The notes beneath the pieces are model-generated. The model was given only the letters and a program-made list of their open reading frames with translations. It ran no database searches and was not told the origin of the DNA. A stretch of DNA of 64,000 bases, from contig NW_025964301.1 of the NCBI RefSeq assembly GCF_023055435.1, positions 2,852,001 through 2,916,000 of the forward strand, given 5' to 3'. The stretch is from Haliotis rufescens. Lineage: Eukaryota. Shown piece after piece: positions 11,931 through 24,000 of the stretch (the stretch's first letter is position 1; each line of letters opens with the position of its first letter). The translations under genes and the position numbers were made by a program.

Positions 11931-12779
11931 AGTGAGTGTGTGAGTGTATTACAATATTCTGTAATAGTATTTCTAAACTTATTGTAAGACTACTCACTGA
12001 CTCAACGACAATGCAATCAAGGCTGTGCTATTTACAGTAATCATTAATGTCACACAATCTATTTCAAACTTTCCACGAACCGAAATAACACAAATCTAAA
12101 AACCAACATTTTATATTTTATTTCACACAATTGATAAGCATAGATATATTGACTATAATAAAAGATGATACTATGGATGTACATTGGTTGTTTATTTCAT
12201 GTTCTTTTCTTTTCAAAATATAAATTAGACTAAGCAAATAGATGTTCATACAATACCATCAACAAAACCCTTTCCTTTCGGCGAAATCTTTGAACAACCA
12301 AACCATGCTAACTAGGTGTTTCATTGACAAAAGCTCAAAATAGTTATGATTTCTATGAACATTCCATGATATCATCTATCTAAATCTACAGAAGTGAAAA
12401 AACACACCAAAATAATAAACTTAAGAACAAATTGATCACTGTTGAATGTGTATATAAAATGGCACAATAAATATTTAACAGCATATGGGTTATATACCGG
12501 AAATGAATCCATCCTAAAATTCCACATGAGTGAGTGAGTGTGTTGGGTTTAACGCCGCTTTTAACAGTATTACAGTTATATCACGGCGTGTCAGCTTAAT
12601 GTGGGAGGAAACCCCGAAGTGATGCAGGTCTCAGACGTTTACCACTTCGGTGAAACCCACAAGCACGGGTATGGTGGTGACAAACCTAGAAACATAATCG
12701 GGGCGAACCTGTATTCGAACCCAAAATCAAAGGTTTCTGGCGTTTTACTAGTGTGTACACAAAGCATCAGGGTTCACTC

Positions 12780-13262
12780 AGGAACTGCCTTTTAGAACAA
12801 ATGCCGGTGATGATAGTGAATTAACTAATGACTTCTTTAGAAAAGGTTTAAACGTGGATCCAAAATGCCGATGTGAAAGCCCCTGTAAAAATTCATATAA
12901 TTTTTTCATTGAATTTCCTTTATTTAAATCAGCTATAAACGAATTGATGCACTCACTATTGTTAATTGTGAAAGATACTTGTGATGTAAATATTGACCTG
13001 ATGCTAGTTGGCAATGCAATTTTACCTTATTATGTGAACGAAAACATATTTAGGAATGTACATACTCATATAAAGTAAACAAAAAGGTTTGAGTGAGCAA
13101 TGTGAATATACATAAGTTTCTTTATTTCTTTTCTTTCCTTTCTGTCATTTAATTTATTAATTGTAAATAAGCATACATGTAAATCTATGGGAAAGGGCGT
13201 TCAAAGTGATGATATCTTGTGCCCAATTCTTTTCATGAGAATAAAATATGTTTAAAATTAAA
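12780..13262 (+). mobile_element. 5'-truncated CR1/L2-group LINE 3' end (copies at about 44995-45460 and 58630-59080)
   Basis: FRKGLNVDPKCRC.SPC.NSY.FFIE(C)PLFK..LMLVGN..L...NENIFRNV...IK..KRF matches the Cys-rich ORF2 C-terminus typical of such LINEs, followed by a 3' UTR with AATAAAATATGTTTAAA. Confidence 0.75.
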
Positions 13263-14581
13263 CTAAGCAAATGCCGGTGAATATTTAAAAAAAATAATGC
13301 ACAGCAACGCCGGGTCAAAGACCTTCCAAAACAAAAACAAGCCGACATTTCTTCGAGGATTCAAGCCCTGTGTGCTGTCTTGAAAAGGCAAACAAACACA
13401 TCAACACCACGTCAAAACACCGTGAAATAAACATAACTGACAAAACTTCTATAATCACATTATTAAAATTGATGTCCTATCTTTAAATCTACTGTTAATG
13501 TTAAAACAATGCATGTCAACATTAAGAATAATGTATAGGATGATACTACCACACATGTAGAAATAGCGATAAATGTTGTACGGTTCTTGTTTGTATTGCT
13601 TCAATCGTCATTAAAGCGTACGTACAATATCTTCAGAAATTATCTCGCAAGAAATATCGCCCTCGTCATTGTAGCCATTTTTTTTTTTATAGAAATGGAG
13701 GAATATGTAGCGCCCTAAAAATATACTTAATACTGGTCATAAAGAGTCTGAAAGATTAATACCAAAAGAAAACTTTGAACACATTGGCAGCGCTTGTATT
13801 TGTCCAAAATTATCAGAGCCAGATACGTGTGACAGAATAACACCTATATAAATTACGTCGCTACTGAAACGGGAAGCATTACCAAACAACTACAGATCAT
13901 GTGACACTAACCGTGTAAGAATACACAACGCATGCTGTACACTGTGCTGGCCTCATTCATACAGAATATACATAACGATATCAGTTTCACATGCTGCAAG
14001 ATGGATACTGTGAAACTAACAACGGAGTTACTTCACAAGCAGTCAACACTATGAAAAAAACATTGGTGGAACATTTGTGAACTCCCAAAAGTTGTGTGTT
14101 TGTTGTTTAACGCCGCGCTTAGCAATATTCCTGGTATATAATCGAGTGTGGGCCAGACAGACCAGTGGTTGATATTATGAGCAACAATCCACGGCGGCGG
14201 GGTACGTGACATGCCATCAACCAAGTCACCGAGCCTGACAACCTGATCCATTAAGTCGCTTCTTACGACCAACATAGGTTGCTAGAAACCGAATCTAACC
14301 TCGAATCCCATAAAAAGACATTAAGTGTTCAACATCAAATAATGAACACACTAATGGGCGCCAACGTACCGCTATTCACTGACAACTGAAACCATGTCAG
14401 AAGTTGTGACGTTTCATATTTACTCGTTTCCTGGGCCTATAATGGCCACATCAATGATGAAATGATTGTTCATGTTATTGGTGGCCCAGTTTGTACATGA
14501 ACTTACCGGACCCAAGACAGTGATTTGCATGAATGTACTGCTATATATACAACTTTGTTTACGTGGACACCATTATGGCTT

Positions 14582-14738
14582 ACAAAGTAGACACAATTTA
14601 TGCATAACACTTTCTTTAATACTGTAAAGGCGACGTTTCAGTATAGATCCTTATACCGTTGTCAAGCAAGGATCTATACCGAATCGTCGCCTTTACTGTA
14701 TTCAAGAAGTTGTTATTAATAAATTGAGTCTACTTTGT
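14582..14738. repeat. Fold-back inverted repeat, about 70-bp arms and a 15-nt loop (eroded copies at about 46835-46978 and 60500-60645; half copies at 6640-6760, 24378-24500, 25960-26062)
   Basis: ACAAAGTAGACACAATTTAT..TATAGATCCTT, loop 14653-14667, then AAGGATCTATA..ATAAATTGAGTCTACTTTGT. Confidence 0.9.
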
Positions 14739-14883
14739 CATCCGTCAACTTCCAAGTAATGCCTATCAAACAATTCATTATGGTTTAATGAGGTCACATC
14801 TTCCAGACAGAAGGAGGATGTGGTCATATCGACCAACGGAGGAAGTTTGGCGAAAAGGGGTTCTCGCCCCTGGCATACAATGG

Positions 14884-15554
14884 TCACATAAATGACGAAG
14901 ATTTACCACTTTGTCTCTTATATCTCTTGTGGATCAAGCGTTTGATTGCGTCGTGCATGTTTCTTCCTTTCTGTGATGATAAATCACAGGTTAAGTGGGT
15001 GTTAGGATAAAATCCACAATACGCTATGACCCAGAGAGGTTTATCAAACGGGAAGGGAGTTACAGATGTGACGAGTTTCTGTTTACTAAGGTCCAGGACA
15101 TGGACTGTATGTGTTTCCTCTTCAAGAACGAATCCCAAATCCAGGCTGTAAGTTGTACCACTCTCGTTCAGCGTAAGGTTGTCATGGGACAGATATAGTC
15201 CGTTGTTGTACACCTTTAGACATATTGCATTATGTTTTGCGCATGTTGCAAACAATACACTCAATCCAGTTGTTTGGGTCTTGTTAGCATGAACAGGGCT
15301 GCCAGTCAAAGCTGCTTCGAAGATAAAAGTATTGTAATCATATGGTTTTATGACAGAGTATGTGACCTCCATGCCATACATGATGGTCTGTCCTGGCCTG
15401 ATGACCAGAGGTGTTGATGTCAGGACAGAGGGAGATGCATGTAGTCGGCATCCTGTCCTTGGTGGAAGATGTTCTTGTTTGCCATTGGTGACAAATGGCC
15501 CCGAAACCGTCAGACCGTCACTTGCAATACTGGAGTCCCACTCCAGATCCGCAC
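14884..15554 (-). CDS. TRIM gene copy 2, coding exon 2: divergent PRY/SPRY (B30.2)-like domain; spliced product about 611 aa
   Basis: Acceptor TCTTCTCCCCAG|GT GCG GAT joins in frame to exon 1 (..VPE-G-ADLEWDSS..). LEWDSSIASDGLTVS resembles the PRY start. LGFVLEEETHTVHVLDL..KLV..FPFDKPLWV resembles the SPRY end (VGVFLDYE.G.LSFY..F..PLYP). Domain call is by eye, not by HMM. Confidence 0.82.
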
Positions 15555-16398
15555 CTGGGGAGAAGACATCGTTCGTATCAGGTGAATGCGTTTCCGTGTA
15601 TACAAACATCTGTACTAAATGTCATATTAGTGAGTGAATTGGGGTTAACACCGTTTTAACAGTAAACCAGTCATATCACGGCGTGTCAGCTTAATATGGG
15701 ATGAAAGTGTTATATATATATTGCTATGGTTTCCGTGAAGTTTAAGGATAGTGCTATATAGGTTAAAGTATAACATATCGGTGAATCAGAAAAGTACTAG
15801 TGAAATAAAACGAAAGTCTACCTGCCATATTTGGACAATGCTCAAACAATTGAAGGACATTTTGTATCAGATAGACTGACTTCAGCAGGGGTGTGTTAAT
15901 TACTTTTGAATGTGAAGTCGGAACATACTACAAATTCCGATTCCTAGAAACATATGCTTTGTAGTGAAATGAGTCAGTGAGTGATTTGTGTTTTATTACG
16001 CTTTTAACAGTATTCTAATTGTGGGAGGAAAGCCTGATGTGATGCAGGTCTCAGCTGTTTACCACTTTGGTGAAACCCTCGAGCACCGATATGGTGCTGA
16101 CAGACCTAGGAACACAATCGGGGCGAACCGGGATTCAAACCCACGATGATAGATATGTAGCGTAATCAAAGGACGCAACTCTGCAAGGGCGTATTAGACG
16201 ACCGCCAGCTGTTCATTTCGTTTCGCATGCGAGACACTAATCTACCCTTTCCAGATATACTGGTTTCAACAACATGTTTTATCATACTGAAATTGTACAT
16301 TTCTAAGAGAGATAACTTAAACTGGCACCTGTTTTAAGTTATGATCCAATTTGCTTGCAAAATATATCATGCTATCGCGATATGTCGGTGTGTTCTGT

Positions 16399-16433
<35 letters not shown>

Positions 16434-17392
16434 TTTTAAAGGAATTATGCTCACGACAAAATAAGGGAACTAATGAAATGATAGTGAAGGTGTAATGACG
16501 ATCAATGTCAATCTCTGGTGTGTCCACCCCACCCCACTATGTTGGGCGACACATGCACGATACCCGGATGGCGCTGTGGTGATTAACTTGCGTATGGTTG
16601 TCTTTGGTATTGCCCGCCATTCCGCTACCGCAAGAGCTACCCCTAGCTGGGCTGGATCATACCAAAAGACGTCAAAAGATTATACTTGTTGTTACCCTGC
16701 CTGGCGCTGTGCATTATGGGGCTAAAAGAAGGAATGGTCAGCTCGGATCCCGTAAAGTGCGTCTGAGTGGGGTATTCATGTTAAACTGCGGCCTGGTATC
16801 TCATTGGGCTAGAACAATAAAACCNNNNNNNNNNNNNNNNNNNNNNNNNNNNNNNNNNNNNNNNNNNNNNNNNNNNNNNNNNNNNNNNNNNNNNNNNNNN
16901 NNNNNNNNNNNNNNNNNNNNNNNNNNNNNNNNNNNNNNNNNNNNNNNNNNNNNNNNNAACATACACGTCCAAGCATGTCGATAAATAGGTGCAATAATCT
17001 TGGACGCGACGTTAAACCCCATCTCACATAACCTTACCTCAGGATTTCAGCAAGGATATGGCAGTTTTCTCTGGGGTAAGCCAACCTGGATACCAGTAGC
17101 TCTAAAATTCCTCGAACTGGCCGTCCCTCTGATGCACCCATGCCAACCACTCAATCTGAGTTACATGGTACGGAAGTGTCCAGTCGGAGTCGGACAAAGC
17201 CCACTACTGAGGGGATAGCCCTTCGGGTCCTCCAAAGAGCTCAGATGAATATCCAGCAGAGAATGGTTGGGAGCAGGCCAAACAACATCAGCCAATTCAT
17301 GGTAACTCTGCACAGGGGTATGGTAAATGTGTAAACTCATCCACCCAGGAGACCTTTGCATCAAGGTCTCTGTATTTGTCATCAGAAAAAGT

Positions 17393-17550
17393 GGGGCGGT
17401 CGGGTAGCCTAGTGGTTAAAGGTTTCGCTCGTCACGTCGAAGACCCGGGTTCGATTCCCGACATGGGTACAATGTGTGAAGCCCACTTCGTGTGTCCCCC
17501 GCCGTGATATTGCTGGAATATTGCTAAAAGTGGCGTAAAATCAAACTCAC
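17393..17550 (+). mobile_element. SINE family A in the TRIM intron (same insertion at about 49190-49352 and 62866-62980)
   Basis: A box TAGCCTAGTGG, B box GGTTCGATTCC, TSD-like TCATCAGA.AA on both sides. Confidence 0.88.
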
Positions 17551-19863
17551 TCATCAGACAAGGGTCACAGCCTCGTGTCCAGGGGATAACAAGGATAATA
17601 AAAGCTCTAGCATTGGGTCTGATGTGGAGAACCTTCTCCTGTCCAGATGGAATCCAGATACTATGATAATACCAACACCATGTCGCTCACATACCCTTGG
17701 GGATCAATGGAATGATAATACCAAAGAATTGGAATGTCGAAGATGATGGTCATGCCTCTAATGCCTGTCAGTGCGCTGGTGGGTCTCTGGGGTACAAAGA
17801 CTATTATGGACGAAGTCTCATGCTCAGTGCTCTAACAAACACAGGTGGATTTTACATATCCTGTCTGCATTTCGGACAATCTTTCCACGGATTTGCCAGA
17901 AGATTTTATGGAGCAACAGGTTGGTGCGGAGATTCTGCCAAGGAAGTGCTAATTAAGAAGCTTCCCACTATGTCTCCAACTTAGGTCTGAGGACACTGGG
18001 ACACGCTATTGATGCACAAGCAGTCTATTGCAGATCAACCATCCAAAGGGACGTGAAGCAGTTGCAGAGTCCTTGAACTGGACTCTCCAAGGGACAGATA
18101 ACCAATTAGCATACAATGTTATCAAACAGATCTTGCTGGTCAACAGAAGAGAAGAAGACTCAATTTTGTATTAAGGTTCTTTAGGGCTTCAGACTATTGA
18201 ACTGTTGAAAGAAACTGGTTTTTGAGCTGTAGCTCAATGTATGTGAATATGTTCTCTCCTTCTGATGCATGTGCAACAAGATCCATTGTGAGCTGATCTT
18301 AACAATGCATGGCGCGAGGCGACTGACCATTTTGTGGGGTGGTAGACGGTTCTTTCATCAATAGTTTGCATAATTTTAGCACTTGCTGACGGGTATTATG
18401 AAAAGTAGAAAATAGGCTTCCGGTGTTTTGATTGAAAATGTAAACATCAAGGAGAGGGGAAATCCCCGTGGCGGAATGCCTGATGACGTTATTCGACCCC
18501 ATGTGCTTATACATTAAACCAGAACCTCGCTGAACCAACCAAATGCAACAAATTTTGAGAAAGAAATACTTGAAAGAACAAAACCATTTGAATATTCTAT
18601 AGTGAAACAACAGCTGTGTCACTGTAAAATTAGTTCTTTAATCTGTTACGAACCAGCGGGGATGTGGGAGAAAGTACATGCATAAAGTCAGGTACCAGGG
18701 AATGAAGAATCATTTTGTTTTTGACTCAGTCAAAATTTACAAATGAAGAGTCAGTGTATAACAGTCTGATAACGAAAATGACGATTTTATCCAAATTGAC
18801 CCCGAAAAATCTTGAAAAAAATAGTTATGCCCCAGACTGTTGCATTCTTGCTGGGTGTTTTTTCAGAAGAAAAAAGAATCTTGTTTTACAGCAGTAATTT
18901 CCATACAAAATCCCGGATATCTAATGAGGGCTACGTGTGCGACATGTCTATGTGAATAAACAAATTGTTTGTGAGCATACAGAAAAAACATAAAGATGTA
19001 GCTGATGGATATGGCTACCTTGGAGATTAATTATCATTATCCGAATGATCAAATATTTAATGTAACAACTTTGAAGTCAGTCTAATTTACAAAACACGTT
19101 CATTAGTGCTGTACTTGTGCATTATTTGTATATCCGTGTCGATGTCAAACTCATTACAGGTCACACAGGCGATGTGTAGTGCATCTATAAGAGAATCAGT
19201 GATCAACAGAAAGTGCTAGTTTTAGACATCCTGGATGCAAAAACAGAGGTAACTGTGACTCTAACCCTACTGGAAACTGTTACGATTATGCGTGGGACAC
19301 CAAATACATATTTACATACTGTTTCATTTGGCAATCGACACCTAAAAATAGTGATTCATGAACACATGCTTGTGATATTGCCGGAATCGCATAAGAGACA
19401 TGCTTTTAGCAGAGGTTTCTTATGAAGATGGAAATGGCCTAGTCGTTTTTATTTACAACTTCAGTGTACTATGACTTTTTGAAGACACCACTCAATCTTG
19501 TAAAATTGTGACAGCTTTAAGAAAGAAACATTAAACATCTTTATACAGAATCATTTGGCATCACAGTAACTATTCAATTAACTTAAATTAATGAGGAGAG
19601 AACTCACATGACAAGCGATCCTTTTACTCCTCACGGCTGCCAGGTCATATATGCAGCTGTGGACACAAATGTGCTAAGATGACCTCAGTATCAATAGACA
19701 TGACGTACCATTATTACCATGTGTTTTTTTCACAGTTAATTTTGGGACAGTTTATAACTGTCAGATGTCTGCACAGTTTCGAAACAAAAAGCACAAAAAT
19801 ATCAAAATAGAGGAAGTGTCTTTAAGAAAATACTTGAATTAAAAATAATAACAGACTGATTAC

Positions 19864-21028
19864 CTTCTGGCACATACTCGTGTTCAATAGTCATTGCATC
19901 ATTCAAGGATTTATTTCCATTTGGATTCTCTATTGGTGAAAAGACAACTGATTTGACGAGACCAGCCATCTTCAACAAGGGGGTAATTTTACTGAAGCAA
20001 GTTGAAGCAAAGCTGACACCAGCTCTTCCAAGTGACGCCTTTGGTGACATCTGCAACATGGCGCTCAAGGTGGCAGCTGAAGACCCCATCATTTGTAGAT
20101 CCTCTATCTTGTCAGCTTTACTCCGCATCTGTCGTGTGTACTCGGTAGATGATGTCACTTTTGCCAGAATATTACTGGTGGAATCCAGTCCCTCCTGTGT
20201 CAGCTTCAGAATCTTGCTGGATCTCTCTTCAACATCTGACAACAGAATACCTCTCCTCTGCTGTATTTCATCAATCAATTCGTCAAAGGCTTTGTTGATG
20301 TCAACCACGGCAGCCTGTTTTGACACCTGTATGTTTGAATGTCTTTTCTTGAGATCTTGTTTTATTTCCTCAAGTCCCTCTGCCTTCTCCCTCAGCTTGA
20401 CTAAGGTATCGTCAATGGACTTTGCCTTTTCTTTGTGTGCTTCATCCACGGACACGACGTTGTGTCCCTTCCCTTCTTTGTGTTCTACTACAGTGCAGGA
20501 CACACAGACGATCTTTTCACAAGTGTAGCAGTAGAACTGTAGGGGTTGGTGATGTTGTGCACACTTATGGAGACGATTGAAACTTTTACCTGGTTGTTCT
20601 TTCATTTCTTTAAAACTGACAGTTTGGTGATCTCGCATCGGTTGAACTCTTTTGTGGGCATTTAGACATTCTTGGCACAGGAAGACGCCACAGTCATCAC
20701 ATCTGGACATGGCAGGGTTACCATCAGGACAATCTGTACATGGCAGATGAAGACCTTTCACAATCTTCAGATGATCCAGGATTCTTAGGATGATAGGCTC
20801 TTTGGGCAGAGACTTGACACCACCCGGCAGGTTATGTTGGTGTCGACACATGGGACATGATAACGTTGGGAGTCCTTGGCTGTACGTCTCTAGACAAGCC
20901 TGACATATTGACTGTACACAGCAGGGCATACGACGAGGTATTCGTCTGACCTCATCAAAGTGTTCAGTACATATTGGGCACTCGGTGAGAAGATCCTTGA
21001 TGGCGGACGCTGATACATAGTCCGACAT
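19864..21028 (-). CDS. TRIM gene copy 2, coding exon 1 (RBCC, 388 aa + 1 nt)
   Basis: Same protein as copy 1 but with intact CPIC. Donor GT at 19863-19862, phase 1, compatible with the acceptor at 15556-15555. Confidence 0.92.
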
Positions 21029-24000
21029 GGTTATCTGGAAATAAATTTAAAACATCTGAAGCATTTTCGGATTCCATGTGTAATCGTCTTTGTGTCTCGA
21101 CACAATTGGTACAAAGTCGTATGAGACACATCCATACTTGCATTGTATGTACATCACTCAAAACTGCTAGTAGCATTAAATTATGAGCTCGTTGTTTTAT
21201 TGATTTTAAATGTTGCTTATTACCACAACTCTCCCAATGCATAATAGAATAGAATATGCTATTGATTTAGGATCTATTTTCATATCATAAAATATAAGCC
21301 AGCTACACGATAAATCGCAAAGAACAATTGGAATGAAGCGTGGTTTATTTCACGATAAAACATTGTTCTACCATGACGTCATTTCTGGAGATTCAAACAT
21401 GCGCTCGCATCCTAATGAGGTCGTAAATTCGACGACGATATCTATTAGAGGGAAGTGTTTCGTGAGTTGTTCCCAATAGATGTAGCAGATAACGCAATGG
21501 CCGAACGATCGCATCAAAACGTGGGAGAGATATGACAATCGGTAATTGGAGAAAAGGTACAGATAAAAGACGTGAAACTTGTGAAAATACCCCTTTTAAT
21601 AAAATAGACTTGTCCGACATTGCCGATTTCGGAGTGTATTCAGTGAGTCATCATTATTTACATAAGGGTAAACCAATTGAGAGCATGTACATTGTATTAA
21701 GATCTTTAAAGAGGCTGGGCGAAATGTTGGTATCTCATCTAAGCAATTAACGACTCGTGGTCGATGTTTATCGCACAATTAAACACTGTGTCCCTAGTGG
21801 TTTATTCTCCCTGCAGTGTTTTAAAACAGAGAGGGAGCAACTTGCTCTTTTGATATGACGTATTGAGGCATTTTCTGTTGATTAACGCCGCACCCAAAGG
21901 CGGTTTTAAATGATGTAATGCACATAATCATATGTTCTTTTTATTGGTATATTTTATAGAAACCTAGCTCATTATATGTAACGATTGCCTTTTTAAACTT
22001 CAGTAACCTTGACCTCTCATCAACGTCAAACAAGGCCTATTTAACAAGACCCTTGTCCATGAAATCATGTATGTCCAGGAGTATCCTGGCATAAAATGTT
22101 CTTCTGGGCATAAACTTCTGTCATGGGGACCTTGACTTAACAGTCGGCCAGTCATATGTCATAAAGTTAACTTAAACGCACAAAAATTTTTTATGTCAGA
22201 TATGCAAATTCTACAGGTAAGCATGTATAACTATGAAGTGCACACATTTACATTGAAATATTCAACTGATTAGAGTACCTACGTTCTGACATCTGCAATA
22301 GTCATAGTCATTCCAAATCCTGACTGGGCTATACTCATTATTAAACCACTCTACTTGTAAATAATATTAATACAAGTCATTCCAAGTTAGGATGGAGCCC
22401 TATCCATGATCAAATTACATGGTGTGTACTATTCTAAGTTTGTCCACATGACGTTTTATAGTTCACATTCTTCCTACATCCAGAGAAAATGTAATTCTGA
22501 GCGTCTTCCGCCTAATACATGAATACTTCACACTAAGGTAAAAACATCCCTGAGAAGCACTACAACCAGAAGCCGACCTAGAGGTCACCGATTCACTACG
22601 CCCATTACTCCCTCAGTCAGCCTTACACCCGCAGATACCGGAGAGACAGAATTCCATCAAGGTCAGCTTGCCCAACCCGAGAGCTAAGAAAGGCTCTTGC
22701 TTGAAACACAGTGAGTCTGTTTGCCTGCACCGGGACTCCACGCAACCGAGGACAATTTACTACATGTAGCTACATGCAGAGCGGAAAGCAGTCAGATGTA
22801 ACGGCATAGACATAGACAGATGCACGTATTGAAAGTAGGTCATTCTGCACGGGCTACAATATCAGACATTTTCAAGATCAATGTATAACACTTACCACTC
22901 CTATTGGATATAATTTCAAAAAAGATCAACAAAAAAGATGAGGTATTGCATTCAGTAGTAAATGTTTGTGTTTGAGTGCATGGTCGTAGCTTTAAATTGT
23001 AATTGAGTTTGAAAGGACTATTATAGAATGGATTCAATGTGAATTTACTAACTATTGAAATCACTTCCTTCACTTGATATTTCCAACAGACAAGCAGTTC
23101 TCAGTAACTAGCCCTAACTGTGTTTTAGGCATATCAATATCAAAATCGCAATGATATGTCTCTGACATGAATGCAGAAGTAGTCATTATAGTCACGGGGT
23201 GGGTATTTTCGTTTTGATACAATATGCGTATGATATTTGAAGCATCTTAAAATAATTTGAATTCATATTGTAGTAGCAATCATTTACACTTGTCTATGCA
23301 CAGTCGAATCCCGTTGTGTCGAGCTCGGATGTGTTGAATGCCCGGTTGTGTCGAACCCACAGTCCTGGCCCGGCGAACTCGTGATATATTTATCACTATT
23401 TTAATCAGAATGTGTCGAATTTTCCGTAGTCACGAAATAAATGTGTAGTCCCAACATGCGTATTTGGCCCGTTTGCTTTCTGATGGCAAGTAAAGGGCTC
23501 AGGACAAGGAAGTAGTTATTCCCTTGTCGTTATAGTCATGGGGCAGGTAGCAGGTCTGTGACGTGTCTATTTTCGTTTTTATACAGATGTATATCACATT
23601 TGAATTCATGTTGTAGTGAATATAATTTTCACAGTTCTTTTATTAAGTACCGATTAAATGTACACTAAAACCACTTTGTTCCGTTTTACCTCCGTTTGTT
23701 TAATTGTTGTTTGGAAGAAGTTGTTGTAAGGAATAGAGTAATAATTTATTGTACAAAGGCACCCACCAAGGACAGACTACAATTTGTATCTACAATAAAA
23801 TGGCAATACATATGATACAAACGAGCATGCACACCGATTTACATCATACGTTCAAACGAATGTCCAAAATGAATAGTTAGCTGGCAGTGGTGAAGAAAAT
23901 GAATACTTTGTTTGGTGAAAAATGAATACCATAACATCACACAGTTGTGTCAGAAGTGAAAAAGAATAGATTAGTTGATGGTGCTCAGTAAACAAATAAT

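Noticed and set aside
15555-15609. Stand-alone 241-aa gene starting MFVYTETH
   Set aside because: The first 19 codons overlap the intron. A 2-nt indel puts them out of frame in copies 3 and 4 while the splice acceptor is conserved.
19864-21028. Assigning a vertebrate symbol such as TRIM45, TRIM56 or TRIM71
   Set aside because: The N-terminus resembles these generically, but there is no filamin or NHL region, and orthology cannot be established by eye.
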